Origin: Octopus vulgaris
Taxonomy: Eukaryota
Direction of reading: 5' to 3'
NCBI GenBank assembly: GCA_951406725.2
Contig: OX597815.1
Coordinates: 43,958,001 to 44,022,000, forward strand
Length of the DNA stretch: 64,000 bases
Shown here: positions 12,244 to 26,650 of the stretch, piece after piece
Layout of the letters: every line of letters begins with the position of its first letter
How positions within the stretch are numbered: position 1 is the first letter of the stretch
Notes under the pieces: generated by a model
Told to the model about the DNA's origin: nothing
What the model saw: only the letters and a program-made list of their open reading frames with translations
Databases searched by the model: none
Translations under genes and position numbers: made by a program

Positions 12244-12884
12244 GAACGATTATTAGCACCAACTGGAGAGAGAAAACAGTAATAGTCCCACGGACGTGAT
12301 TCGAACCATTTATCTAATACTTGTCGTGTCACCGCGTCTGCGGCTATCTATGGTCAAACTCGAAACTATAGATCTAATTTCCTCTATTTTTAACTTTGCT
12401 ATTATAGTTTCAAAGGGTTATTCACCAATTAGTTATGTAGTATGTTTAACAGGACACGTTTTACTACATATGTGAAAAGAAATTTTGTATATTATATATA
12501 CTAATATACAAGATAGCAAACTGCGTTATGTTTATTCAATAGTTGCAACGAAAATCAACCTTATAAAAACACATTAACAGCTAATATTTTCAAGCTAAAA
12601 TAACTTTCAACGTTACAAATACCAATCTCGGAGTTCGTTCATTTCTCAAAAAGTACTTAAAACTAGTTTAAATTGCGTTGATGAATGGAAATACAATAGC
12701 TGTTAGCTTTCTATAATAATTTGAGATACATATATATTCTAGTATTATACATTCTTATGACTGATGGAGTAAAATTTACACTATAATCAAAATGACAACT
12801 ATTCCACTATACCATTAAGATTGTTTTGTGACCTCGCATTTACATATTCACGGTGGGCATTTATTTATACTACGTCTTTTTTTA

Positions 12885-13240
12885 GAATCATTAGCACCCC
12901 GGGCGAAATGCTTGGTGGCGTTTCGTCTGCCTTTACGTTCTGAGTTCCAATTCCGCTGATGTCGATTTTGTCTTTCATCATTTTTGGGGTGGAGGAAGTA
13001 AGTACCATTTGAGTACTGGGGTCGATGTAATCGACTAGACCCCCTTCCCTCCAAATTTCCGGCCTTGTGTCATTAGTAGAGAGGATTATTATCCGTAAAG
13101 AGGCGAGCTGGCAGAATTGTTAGCACGCCTTTCATCCTTTCAGGGTGGATTGAAGTAAGTACCAGTTGAACACTGAGGTCGATATAATCGAATTATCCCC
13201 CTTCCTCGAAATACTTGGTCTTGAGCCAAAATTTGAAATC
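12885..13240 (+). mobile_element. SINE family A copies
   Basis: gaatcattagcaccccgggcgaaatgc..ttctgagttc..aagtacc. Confidence 0.8.
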
Positions 13241-14080
13241 ATTTTGTTCATCATGTACAAGTACGTGTGTATTCATCATTATTTTATTTATTTTATTCAA
13301 TTTTAGAAAAATTGAAGCATGTCTTCGACAATTCTGGAACGTGTTGAACTTATTTTGTGTGTGACTTTTGGCCCACCCTGTGTAAGTAATGCTGTTTACA
13401 GTTAGCAATTTAACACTGTTTCTCATACAATTCTCATTGCTTCTGAATCTGAAAGTCATATATTAGGGTAAATAAGAATGGTTCCATAATTTGCCATGTT
13501 CATAGATTTAAATAATATTCCGTTCTCAAATTCATCAATCTCCTAAACACAAGATAACTATATAGTTATGCATCATGCATGTAGCTTAACTTGCATATAT
13601 TTACATATGTATTAAAAATTATAAATGGCACACACAAACAAATCTGCATAAGTACTAATACATACATACATGCAGACAGACATACAGACATCTTTTTATC
13701 AAAGCTACAAAATCTTTACAAATTGTTACTGAGAGTTTCACGTTCTCGTTCACCGGGTAGTTATAATCACAACTATCCGATGAACGGTAACTTGAAACTT
13801 TAAGTAACAGTTTGTGACGATTTTTGCAGCTTTAATAAAAGCATATTATTCTATCTTCGATATTCGAGTGCTATTCTTTTCCACCTTGTTTTGCGTTTAT
13901 GTGATTACTCGTGTGTACATATATATACATATATATATAGTTTACCGATACAATATAGGTAGAATCAAAAAAGAAAGTACACCATCCACTGACAGAAAAA
14001 TATATACGATTATATACATATATATATACTTACATACATACATATATGTTTGTGTATATATAAATATATATATATATATG

Positions 14081-14117
<37 letters not shown>

Positions 14118-14677
14118 ACATATATATATATATACGTATACGTGCATACATACATATGGACACATATGTTCATGTACACATCACACTCAAACACGTGTGT
14201 CTGCCTGTCTATGTTGTGTCTATCTCTGTGTGTGTTAGTGTGTCTATTTGAAAGAGCATGTGTGTTTGAATTTAGCTAAGTATGATTTCTAAGTAAAATC
14301 AACAAGTGTACTATTTTAAAAATTTATCAGAACTAGGTTACTCGTATGTAGGTCAACTTCTCTACAGAAACATATTCAGTTGTTTTGGAACGGATTTTTT
14401 TTCTTTCTCACCGGAAGTAATTTTTTTCTATATAAAAAGGCCGCCATTTCCTCTATATATGACACGATATCCTTCCGGTAATTATGCTAATTAGGGGTGA
14501 AATCGATCTTATGAAAGTGGCAATGGCTGACAGTTATAATTCATAAAGTTTATTCCTAAAGTATTTTATAAACAATGTGTGCTACCCTCCTCACACATAG
14601 TCACTTATATGTGTGTATGTATGTGTGTTTGTGTGTGTGTTTGTGTGCGTGTTTATATATGTATGTATATATGTATG

Positions 14678-14726
<49 letters not shown>

Positions 14727-14959
14727 GCATATATATATACACGCATTTATAAATGTACATATATTTATGTTCGTATGTTCATGTGTATCCGTGTGTCTGC
14801 GTGCATACATCTATATATGCATGTGTATGCGAATGGAATTATGTATTTTTGCCTTACATGAAACATCAACCCGCACAAAAAACACAACCCTTATAGTAAT
14901 ATGTGTGTATACATATATATACATACACACACACAAACACACATACACACACACACTCT

Positions 14960-15015
<56 letters not shown>

Positions 15016-15017
<2 letters not shown>

Positions 15018-16100
15018 GAGGTTGGATAACATAATGGAAGCCCCACATTTTATTTACCATTTGCAATATGGGAAATTCGGAACTATTCTAGTTTGCTTAC
15101 ACGTTTTAATATGCATTACATATATACCCTGTACTTCGTGATATAGCCCGCGGTATTTCTTTTTCTTCAGCAGATTTTTTCTATTAAATGAGTTAAAATG
15201 ATTTACCTATCTGATTTCCAAAGACGTCAGATTGTTGAAGTACCCTTGTCTAGGATTTCAGGGATTAAAACTGATGAATTTTTTAATGCTTGTTGACAAA
15301 CACAGAAATACAGATGCGTGCGCGAATACACACACAAACACAAACACGCACGCACATACACACATGCATTTGCATGCAAATAAGCGGGTATACATGCGCA
15401 CGTCCGTGTAAGCGTTAAAGCAATTTTAAGATTTACACACGTGCAACACACACAAAATTATGTTGGCATCCCAAAACAATGTGAAACCAGCTCTGAAAAC
15501 CATAATTCTAGAAGGATGGAAAGGCTCACAGAGAGGGACCGCAGAACAGTGAAACGTATTGTGTTTAAAAACCCTAGAACCACGAGAGCAAAAGTGATTT
15601 TAGAGCTAAACCTCACCAATAGTCCATCAAAAACCTTCGTGTTGAACTCCATAAAGCTGGATACTATGGGAAGGCTGCAATTGCTAAACCTCTCTTTTCC
15701 CCCGTCAACACTGAAAAGCGAGAAAAGGGTGTCTAGACTATCTATCAGCAGCAGTCACTGGTTCAATGGAACAATATGATATTCACTGATGAATCATTAT
15801 CACCGTTTTTCTCATGTCAGGACAAGTTATGCGTAGAGACATCCCCAAGAAACCTTCAACCCTGATTTCTTGGTTCATATCATGAAGATTGGAAGTGGCT
15901 CTGTGATGATTTTGGCAACCATATCACAGAATTGCCTTTGCTCTTTAGATGTTATATACAACAAAGTTAACTTCAATGATTAACTGAGTATTTCAGTGAA
16001 TGATGTTCATTCTATGGTACACATATTGTTTTTTCTGATGGTAGCGTAATCTTCCATGACGATAGTGTGTCACTTCACATGGCTAATATTATTCAACTGA
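15016..16100 (+). mobile_element. Degenerate Tc1-like transposon
   Basis: TIR-like gaggttggataacataatggaagc. Transposase remnants RLTERDRRTVKRIV..PRTT, GRAAIAKP-like, IFTDES, GSGSVMI, FHDD. Confidence 0.75.
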
Positions 16101-16614
16101 AATTCTATATACATATTCGTGTATATGCGTGTTCGTGTGTGTATGTGTGTGAATGTTTCTGTGAGTTTATATGCTTATATGTGTGTACTTACGTGTGTAT
16201 ATTTACTTATGTTTATAAATGCGCACAGAAGAGGGGAAACCCTAGAAAACTGTGGTGTTTGTAGTCTCTAGTTATCCTGCATTTGATGGCTGTATTTACG
16301 CTTGTCGCTAGTAAAATTTGATGTAGATTCACATTTCCCTTCCAAAATAAATCAAGGCACATACAGATGGCAAAATGTTCGTTGCGTCGAGTAGGATAAC
16401 GCCCAGCAGTGACTCAAAATGGCGTCACTTTCGTAGATTCTGTACAGGACACAGTAGTCGTGATCATTTGCTTATCCGCATAGTCCGTCCTGTGTTGAAG
16501 CACCATCAGTATCTAGAAGGTGGAGTTTTGGATTGGTCATGCTTGTTGTATGCCTTCGTCATCATGACAGAGAGGTATTATACCTTAGAAAGAAGGTAGT
16601 GCAAATGTACGATG

Positions 16615-16658
<44 letters not shown>

Positions 16659-17251
16659 TGTGCGTGTGCGTGTGTGTAGGTGTAAATGTGGTGTGTTTTT
16701 TGTTTACTGTTGAATAAGTGAGGTAAGTTTTAGATTGGGAACGAGATTGCATTGCTTGGTTAAAAGCAATCGAATAAAAATATTGCTCTCAAAGTTCAGC
16801 AGTTTAGGAGTAGAGAGTTAGTCGATTGCACCCGCCCTAGCACTCAGCTAGTACTTATTTCATCGACCCGACCCTGAAAGGATGAAAAGCAAAGTCAACC
16901 CTAACTGGTCCTAGGGTTGCTGGCGCGCCGGGCAAGCTGAACGCGCGCGTGTATTCATGAACGCCCTTTAAGAATCGCACATATGCAACATAAACGCTTG
17001 CATTCGCACGTATTTGTGCATACTTACACACGCATGCACGCACACACGCGTGCATGCACACATGAACAATTATGCATGTGCAAGACACACCCAAATACGC
17101 ACGCACATACATGCATACGCTCACTCACGCATACACGCGCGCACATACATGCACACATACGCACACTCACACACGAAACGCGCGCACATATACGCGTGCG
17201 TACCCGTAATGAAAGTACTGTTTAAGAATCACACGTGTGCAATAGAAACAT

Positions 17252-17293
<42 letters not shown>

Positions 17294-17989
17294 ACAAAAA
17301 CGCACACATTCATGCACGCATGCACACACATGCATGCATGCATAAGCACGTGCGCGCATAAACGCACTCGCACATATGTAAGACAGTCACACATAGACAT
17401 CCGCAAACTTTATACCGGGACAGGATAGAAGTTGAGATATTAAACAAATAAACAAATAACAGAGGTTGGTGAGTACAGTATTTGACGGCTAGAGTAACAC
17501 TCTTAGCGGAGGAAATACATACATAGAGAGAGTGAAAGAGTGTAGGAGTGAGAATGAGAGAGAGGGAGAGAAAAGAAAGAGAGAGAGAGACAGGGGAGAG
17601 TGTGTGTCAGAGAGAGTAAGGAGTTGAGCGTAGTGAGTTAAAGAGAACGAATAAAAAAGAGAGGTACGCTGGCGAATAAAGGCAAGGTTGCAGACGGAAG
17701 GTTATTAAGTGGGAGCGGAGGGAAAATACCTTGAAAACAGGTGAAAATAGCGGACAAAGTGGGGGAGAGGTGGTAAAAAGGAAAAGAAAAAAATACATGT
17801 TGAACCTTAAGGCTGTGTAGTTATTAGGGCAGAGGTCAATAAGGGTAAGGTTGACTGGAACGTTTTGCTCAAAATTAAAATTAGTGACGCCGAATCGGGG
17901 CGGATCCTGAAGATTGTATGTTTCTAAATAATGTTTGCATGTTTGCTGTTGTAGTTGTATAAATATTATTATTACTGTTTTCAGTTCCC

Positions 17990-19480
17990 TATGCCCTGAG
18001 TTCAAATCCCGTTGAGGTGAATTTTGCTTTTTATACATACTTCCGGAGGTGATAAAATAAAATACATTACTAGCCAATTACTGAAAGGCTGGGGACCGGG
18101 TGGGATTTGGTATAATCGATTGTTGCCTTTCTCTAAATTTAGAAAAATACTTTATGTCTGATTTCGACAGTGCTCCAGCATGGCCGCAGTTTAATGGCTG
18201 AAACAAGTTAAAGAAAAAATTATTTAAGCGTTAAATAAAAAGCTTTGTGGTATTTGATCCAGTTCTTTGCATTCTGAGTTCAAATTTGACAGAAGTTAAC
18301 TTCGAAAACGTGAAGTACCAGTCAAGAAACAATGTAATTATCTAACCCATCTGCTCGAATTTACTTGCCTTTTGCCTAAATTAGAAACGCTGTTTACAGG
18401 ACAGTAAACTGGCGGAATCGTTAGAGAGCCAGTGAAACTGCTTTGTGGGATTTATTCCTGCTTCTTATGATTTTAGTTCAAATCCAGCGTAGGGCCACTT
18501 CTCATTTCATCCTTTTAAGATCCATAAAATAATGTAACAGTCTAAGCCAGTGGTTTCCAAACTGGGGCCCGCATACCTCTGGTGGTCTGCAAAGGTAGTA
18601 TTGGGGGTTCTGTGAACTAAATTCAAAATTTCATATATATACACATACATAAGGATAAGCATATTAAAAGGGGTTCGTGAGAAAACTTATTTAGATAAAA
18701 GGGTTGCGAACTATTGTTGGGAACCACTGTAAAAAGGTTGGGAACCACTGGCCTAAGCATAGGGTCATTGTTATCCATTAAGTCTATTCTTAAAAATTGC
18801 TGGTCTTGTACATAAATTGCAGTTTATTATAGGGCAAAAAATAGGACGACCTACCAGAATCGTTACCACGCCGGACAAAATGTTTAACGGAGTCCCATCT
18901 TTACGTTTTGAGTTCAAATTCCTTTCGGTGCGGATATAAAACAAATACCAGTTGAGCATTGGAGGCGAAGTAATCGACTAACACCTCCACCTTGCGTCTA
19001 AATTAGAAACTACGATTAAAGGACGACAAACTGGCAGAATTGTTAGGACGCCCCTAAAACAGTCTTGCATTCTGGGTTTAAATCAGGCCGAGATCAACTT
19101 CGCATTTGTTCCTTTCAGGGTCAATAAAATAAGGTACCAGTCTATTTAAGGGGATGATGACATCGAATAACCCGTCCATTAAAACTACTGGCCTTGGCCT
19201 AAATTAACTATGATTATATGACGGCGAGCTAGCAGAATCGTTAGAGCGCCTATAAAAGTATATTGTGGTACTTTTTCCTGCTCCTTATGAGTTCAAATCC
19301 CGCTGAGGACAACTTTGCATTTCAGTTTTTCAGGGTTGATGAAATAAAGTTCCAGTCTAAGTACTAGGGCCGATGTTAACGACTAACGACTCTCGTCCTT
19401 CAATAATTACTGGTACTGTGCCTAAATTACAAACAATCATTATAGGAAGACGAGCGGGCAGAAAGATCAGTATACTGGTA
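17990..19480 (+). mobile_element. Head-to-tail array of about 6-7 diverged SINE family A copies
   Basis: gagttcaaat-like boxes and ggcagaatcgttag-like heads recur every ~150-250 bp. Confidence 0.8.
18548..18750. mobile_element. hAT (Charlie-like) MITE inserted in a SINE A copy
   Basis: TIRs cagtggtttccaa / ttgggaaccactg; 8-bp TSD gtctaagc / gcctaagc. The right TIR is also duplicated at 18717-18729. Confidence 0.85.
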
Positions 19481-19836
19481 AAAAAAAAACTCTGCACACA
19501 CGTAAATAACATCTTCAATTTTGTTGTTATCATCCCATATGTTTCTTCAACATCTTTGTTCCCCCTACCACAAATGCACTCTTGTATCCTCACCTACACA
19601 ATTTCACACCACACAACTAACAATTATACACACATCAACATATCTCTTTCTAGACACAGATACACACTGATGCACTCTACACACCTACCACATTTTCTCT
19701 TCTCAATATGCCTGTTATAACAGCTTTTTTTCAAGTCACTAACCTTTAACTTTTTCATGCGTTCTTTCACCGCCTTTCTACAAATTTATAATTTTGTCGT
19801 CAATTTGTTTTTCTTTTCTCTTACTCTTCACTATTT

Positions 19837-19872
19837 CTTGCTGATGAAAGACTACTGTCTGAATCGCTAAAG
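19837..19872 (+). ncRNA. Decayed minimal hammerhead motif
   Basis: CUUG-CUGAUGA-A-AGAC(UACU)GUCU-GAAU-CGCU-AAAG; same layout as 11827 and 51350, with two core substitutions. Confidence 0.6.
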
Positions 19873-20197
19873 GTCTCCCTTTAACTTCGCGGACTTTAAA
19901 CTGATTTCATATTTGCCAAGCTTTGTTCTTGTGTTTTTCCAATTAATGTTTATTGACCATTAATTATATATACTAGTATATGTATATAGGTGTGTGTGAG
20001 TGTATGTGTGTATGTAAGTGTGTGTGTGTGTGCGTGCGTGCGTGTGCGTATGTGAATACGTAAATGTCGAACGATGGAAATGGGTGCCCAACACCGCATT
20101 GTAATTACACCGGGTGTAATTTCTTGTGAATTACGGCTACCATTGGTTTCAAGTTAAGTAGGAAAATATCCTAGTGTCTTAACAATTTTTCAAGTCG

Positions 20198-20229
<32 letters not shown>

Positions 20230-20299
20230 AATATACATTCATATGCAAGTATATTAATATGTATGTGTATGCGCATGCACACACACAAACATTGCATTA

Positions 20300-20800
20300 A
20301 GATACATCAGGCAATGCCCTAAGATTCATTATCAGTGTTGTTTCTGAGGTCTGAGTGGGATTCGGGTACTTCAGCATAAGATCCTGCCACCCAGTTGATC
20401 CAAAGACTGAGAACTTATATCGATGTTATTGTTGTTGTGGTCATTCCAACTAAGGTCAATTGTCGATATTTATGCAAAAGTATCTGATGTCTTTAGAGGA
20501 AGTTCCCCTGGGAAAAGACCGTATCAATGTTTAAGCACATCCTCTTCCCCAAAGCAGATAAACTCCTTGTTAATTCTCCTTCCGTAACGTATTGTTATAT
20601 TTCACCCATTAAATTACACGCCACGTAAGGTCAGATTAGAGATTTATCTGGTCATCTATCTGATGCTAACTTTCTGAAGATGAGAGTTTGGGAAAAAGTT
20701 TGGTGACCTTTGTGATGTCGTTGATGTATACGATAAAGACACGTCGACCCAACACAGTGGAGCAAGATGACCTTTACTTGACTTCAGTGAATTTTGTCGA
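20300..20800 (-). mobile_element. Degenerate CR1/L2-like RT fragment
   Basis: The minus strand near 20715-20760 encodes TVLGRRVFIVYINDI, similar to QG.VLGP.LF.IYIND. Confidence 0.6.
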
Positions 20801-21049
20801 TATTATTGGGAAACACGCAATTCTAATACAGTAGCTTTTCATGGAATCTAAAACTGACTTGTCTTTTTTTTCTTTTCTTCTCATGTTTATTTATTATTAT
20901 TATTATTATTTTACTTTTACAGCAGAAATAATGTGATTTAATCTGTCTATGTTCTTGCAGAATTCACGATAAACATCTTTATTTCAGCCATAAAGGATTT
21001 GGAGCATAGCTGCCACTCACAAACAATTATAACCTGATAACTTTCACCA

Positions 21050-21410
21050 CGCTTTCGCCAATTGTTTTTTTGTGCCTATGTAGTTGCAAGCAGTCACAGA
21101 CATTTATCGATCCTTTCACACTTGAATAAATAGAACATCGTAACTATGACAGCAGAAAGGAGAAAAGGTGACAACGACAATCAGCTGGTAGTAATTTTTA
21201 GCTAAATATCCTGGAGAAACATGGAGTGATGTAACTTCCTCAACGACACTACGTGCCACTTGGGTCAGAAATCGAACCCATGGCCTTGCATTCGTTAAAT
21301 CTAATGACGCGGTCACATGTCTCCAGAAAGTAGGAAAGAAACTGGGTAGTCTTCTTTGAGGAACGGTCATCAAACCGCTCCAGCCATACTCCTTAGGATT
21401 CAAGAAATCG
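21050..21410 (-). mobile_element. Academ-like transposase C-terminal remnant interrupted by a SINE fragment
   Basis: LNPKEYGW..IRFNECK..[SINE-like gggttcgatt..gtgtcgttgag]..KCER..VTACN resembles the P..YGW plus Cys-rich tail of Academ. Confidence 0.45.
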
Positions 21411-21524
21411 TGTTTCTTTCCAAGATGTTAGTTATTGTTGATTTCATTAACCTCTTAGTTTAATGATATGAAGATGAAATTAGTCTCTAGTTACTTTTTT
21501 GGGAAAGTGGAATAGAAATTCATT

Positions 21525-21566
<42 letters not shown>

Positions 21567-21911
21567 GTGTCTGTGTGCGCATTATATATATATATATATC
21601 AGATGAATGCTGACGTCAAATTCTATAGGAAATTTAAGATAAACTAAAAAATCAGAATATCGCACTGCTAACACAAGGTAAAACACAATATCGACGACTA
21701 AACCTGTAATATAGTAATACACTTGGTAGTATATTATGGTTGCAAAACAAAATGCTGTGTCCTTGCTAGTAACAAATATTATATATCAGTTGCTAGGAAT
21801 GTGTTTAGTATGTAAATTAGTCTATCAAATTGTGTTAAACTTAGAGGGTATTTAAGTAACGTGTTTGTAGATAGTTTCTAACTTCCATCACATTGCTTAC
21901 ATAGACATATT

Positions 21912-22027
<116 letters not shown>

Positions 22028-22039
22028 CATGTATGTATG

Positions 22040-22480
22040 TATACGTTGTCTGATCAATAAGTATCCAGAATGTTGCCATAGTAATGAAGGTAAAGTACGC
22101 AGAATGAAACCGCTTGGTAAAGATTGACCTTGAACTCTGCTGTGCATGTGCACCAAGTTTTAGCGTTCTAGCTCGCTGCCACTGTTTACAGCAGTGCATG
22201 GAAGGAAGGTGTATAGCGTGCGATCGTCGCATGAACCATGACAAAGGACGTTGTCATGGCGATACCTACCCAGAGGCCGACGCAGTTGAAGAAAAGGTAT
22301 GGAGAGAAGTGTATGAGCTGCAAACAAGTGGACAAGTGTTTCAGAAGTAATGGAGCAGACCACGCGCATGTGTGCGACACGGTACCATGCGATTTTCTTG
22401 GGAGATTATCCGGAGAAGATGCAAGTTGGTGTCGTCAATGCGATACTATGAAGGGATTTATTGGGACATTATTACTGCTA
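22040..22480 (+). mobile_element. Mariner-like left-end fragment
   Basis: TA plus TIR-like cgttgtctgatcaataagtatccaga, then an HTH-region remnant (QLKKRYGEKCMS.KQVDKCFRS). Confidence 0.55.
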
Positions 22481-22660
22481 TAAAGCCTGTCATATCGAGA
22501 GGTATATATCCCGGATGACGTAACTGTGTTGTTTCCCCTAACACAGGCCACTCCAGAGGGGTCAGGGTTTATGAAGTCGTACGGCCGGTATTCGCTGCCA
22601 CTAATGACGGTATTTTGATATGACTATCACTCTCATATTTACGTATATATATATATATAT

Positions 22661-22735
<75 letters not shown>

Positions 22736-22760
22736 CACATATATACATGCATACACATAT

Positions 22761-22815
<55 letters not shown>

Positions 22816-22833
22816 CACACACACACACACACC

Positions 22834-22864
<31 letters not shown>

Positions 22865-23250
22865 AAGTTTGCGTGAGCGTCTACCTACTTGTATTCAGAT
22901 ATACAGAGGCAAAGGTATGTTTAAGACACGTGTACGTCCAAGAGTAAGATAGTTTAAGTTTACTTATGAGTGCGTTTTTGCTTGTCTATGTCCTTGTTTG
23001 TATGTGTATTCTTGAGTATAGTTATGTGCGCACACATGCTTGTGTGAGATATAGCGCGTGTGTTGACGGCTGTGAATGTAGATATGTAGGTTATTGCCCT
23101 AAAACGTTTTAAAATGTATATTTTAAAAGACTAACTAAAAAATTCCATGAATGTTTGTCGTATGCACGAAATTCTTTCTTCGTCATGGTCTGTATTACAG
23201 CAAACACTCCTATTTGCAGATATGTGTGCATATAACGAGCAAGACGCACG

Positions 23251-23339
<89 letters not shown>

Positions 23340-23492
23340 TATACATACATATATACATATCTATACATACATATATATATATAATTTTATATATATATAT
23401 ATATCAAGTGAGAGGAAAAGACAGAGAAATGCTTGCTAGATATGTAAATACATATTCATACGTTTATATGTAATACGAACACGCGCACAATA

Positions 23493-24892
23493 CAGGGAGT
23501 CCACAAAACCACTTTCTAATTTCATGATGTTATGATAATTAAACTAATTCAAATTAATTGATAATCATGTGAACCGATTCTCTAACAACAGTTATCTCAT
23601 TTTTAACGTGCTTTCAGACTCAAGTATAATATGATTCCACCTACACCCAAGTCTAGGTGGAAATGGTACCATTCGGAAATGGTACAGCGATTTTAGTCAG
23701 AAAGGGTGTATATGTGATCAGAGAAAGGGACTATCTGGCCGATCACCAGTCTCAGAGAATGTTATTGATCGAGTTAGAAAAAAATTCGTGCACAGCCCCA
23801 AATACTCAATACGACGAGCTAGCCGGGCGTTGTACCTCCCCAGAGGCACAGTTTGCATGATCCTACACAAACACCTAAAGTTTCGCCCTTACAAGCTGCA
23901 ATTAGTTCAAAAGCTCCACCTGATAGATAATAGAATGCGATTAGAATTTTGTGAGAGTATGCAGCAATTAATGGAAGACAATGATAACCTTCAGTCAAAA
24001 ATCATTTTCAGTTGAACGGCAAAGTCAATAGACATAACGTGCAGATATGGGGTTTTGAAAATCCACATGCTACCCAGGAAACTGAGCGAGACCCACCAAA
24101 AGTTAGTGTGTTTTGTACCGTATCAGAGAGTACGGTGTATGGCCCTTTTTTCTATGAGAGAGGAACTGTTACTGGTCAAAGGTACCTGGAGATGCTGACC
24201 AATTAGATGTCTCCACAACTAGCTGCTGAGGGTGATGACTACCTTTTCCAAAAAGATGGTTCCCCACCGCACTGGCATCTCGCTGTCAGGAAATTTCTCA
24301 ATGAGCACTTGCCAAACATACGGATTGGTTGTGCTGGACGAGCTGATCAGATGTTCTGCAAGTGGCCTGCGAGGTCACCGAATCTAACTGTTTGAGACTT
24401 ATTTCTTTGTGGGTACGTAAAGAACACAATTTACGTACCACTACTACCTGCAACCATGGAGGAGCTGAAGATTTCGATCACTGAAGCAGTTTGCATAACT
24501 CCAAATATGTTGCAGAGCGTCGGGACCGAACTGGATTATCGCATTGATATTTGCCAAGCAACCAGAGAGGCGCACATTTAATGCTATCCTATATCACATG
24601 AAACTGAATGGAATCCTGCATCTGCAGCTGTGAAAGATTATTACTATGAAGTGATTGTTTTACCTATATTATATAAAATATTGGTAATAATATTGTTGTT
24701 ATTTAGATTAATATTATCTTTTAGATTATGAGGCGATAAGGTAAAAAAAGTTAATTATAGATTAATGTATTGGTGTAATAGTAAAATATGATTCATATCT
24801 TCTTTAAGAGGTTACCCATTTATATTAATAATAAAGAATATTACTAATATGTATATATATATGTATATATATATATATTTGTACATATAGAT

Positions 24893-24982
<90 letters not shown>

Positions 24983-25594
24983 GTGCGTCTTGCTCGTTAT
25001 ATGCACACATATCTGCAAATAGGAGTGTTTGCTGTAATGCAGACCATGACGAAGAAAGAATTTCGTGCATACGATAAACATTCATGGCATTCTTGAGTTA
25101 GTCTTTTAAAATATACATTTTAAAACGTTTTAGGGCAATAACCTACATATCTACATTCACAGCCGCACTGGCATCTCGCTGTCAGGAAATTTCTCAATGA
25201 GCACTTGCCAAACATATGGATTGGTTGTGCTGGACGAGCTGATCAGATATTCTGCAAGTGGCCTGCGAGGTCACCGAATTTAACTGTTTGTGACTTCTTT
25301 GTGGGTACGTAAAGAACACAATTTACGTACCACTACTACCTGCAACCAAGGAGGAGCTAAAGATTTCGATCACTGAAGCAGTTTGCATAACTCCAAATAT
25401 GCTGCAGAGCGTCGGGATCGAACTGGATTATCGCATTGATATTTGCCAAGCAACCAGAGGGGATGCACATTTAATGCTACCCTATATCACATAAAACTGA
25501 ATGGAATCCTGCATCTGCAGCTGTGAAAGATTATTACTATAAAGTTACATGTTATACCTGTTTGAAACCAGGGAGTGTTTTTGTGGATATCCTG
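23493..25594 (+). mobile_element. Tc1/mariner rosa/Visitor (DD41D-like) transposon, degenerate and internally rearranged
   Basis: TA-flanked TIRs cagggagtccacaaaacc / gtttttgtggatatcctg. Remnants HLKFRPYKLQLVQKL, NGKVNRHNVQIWGFENP, VYGPFF, FQKDGSPPHW..WPARSPNLT. Confidence 0.88.
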
Positions 25595-25898
25595 TATTAA
25601 ATAGGTATGGATGTATATAATCTATGCGCGTGCACGTGTATGATTGTGTGTGAGTGAGAATAAACACACACACACACACTTTCACATACACACATAAATG
25701 CCTGCATTTTTACATATATGTATGCATTTAGGCATGTATGCGAATATATTGTGCGTTTGTGTGCGTGTATTGTTTGTAAAACTAAGGTCACCCTTGTCTT
25801 TCATCCTAAGTACCAACTGAATGCAGAGATCGATGTAATAGACAAGCCTCTTCCTCTCAAAATTACTGATCTCGAGTGAAAATTAAAAAGAATTGTTG

Positions 25899-25969
<71 letters not shown>

Positions 25970-25974
25970 TCCAA

Positions 25975-26203
25975 TTCCTTTCATCCTTTCGGGGTCTATA
26001 AATTAAGTATCAGTTGCGTACTGGAGTCGATCTAATCGAATGGCCCATCCCACCAAATTTCGGGCTTTGTGTCTATAGTAGAAAGAATTGTAATTATCGG
26101 CGTCGATAAATAACGTACCAATGAACACCGCGGTCAATGAAATCGACTTATCATTGCTGCCCTCGCGGTAAAATTTGAAACAATTATTATTATTATTATT
26201 ATA

Positions 26204-26259
<56 letters not shown>

Positions 26260-26650
26260 GGCGGCGAGCTGGTAGATTTGTTAGAATGTCGGGCAAAATG
26301 CTTAGCGGTATTTCGTCCATTTTTACCCTCTGAGTTCAAATGCCGCCGAGTTTGACTTTGACTTTCATCCTTCCAGAGTCGATAAAATAAGTACCAGTTG
26401 AATACCAGGGTTGATGTAATCGAATTATTGTAATTAAGATGGAGAGCTAGCAGAATCGTTAGCACGCAGGACAAAATGACTAGCGGCATTTCGTCCGTGT
26501 TTGCTTTCTGAGTTCAAATTCCGCTGAAGTCGACTTAGCTTTCCATTCTTTCGAGGTCGATAAAATATGTACCAGTTGAGCACTGGGGTCGCTATAATCG
26601 CTTATACACCCTCCCCCAGATTTCAGGCTATGTGTCTATAGTAGAAAGGA
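25975..26650 (+). mobile_element. SINE family A copies interleaved with (TTA)n
   Basis: Head aaggcggcgagctggtag at 26258 and a second head near 26445. Confidence 0.85.

Noticed and set aside
16280-16600. Possible LINE RT remnant on the minus strand (DYADK)
   Set aside because: A single weak motif, too degenerate to support by eye.
22485-22640. GC-richer block with ccaCTAATGAcgg before (TA)n as a pLTR
   Set aside because: Mutated box and no GAAA half; not supportable.
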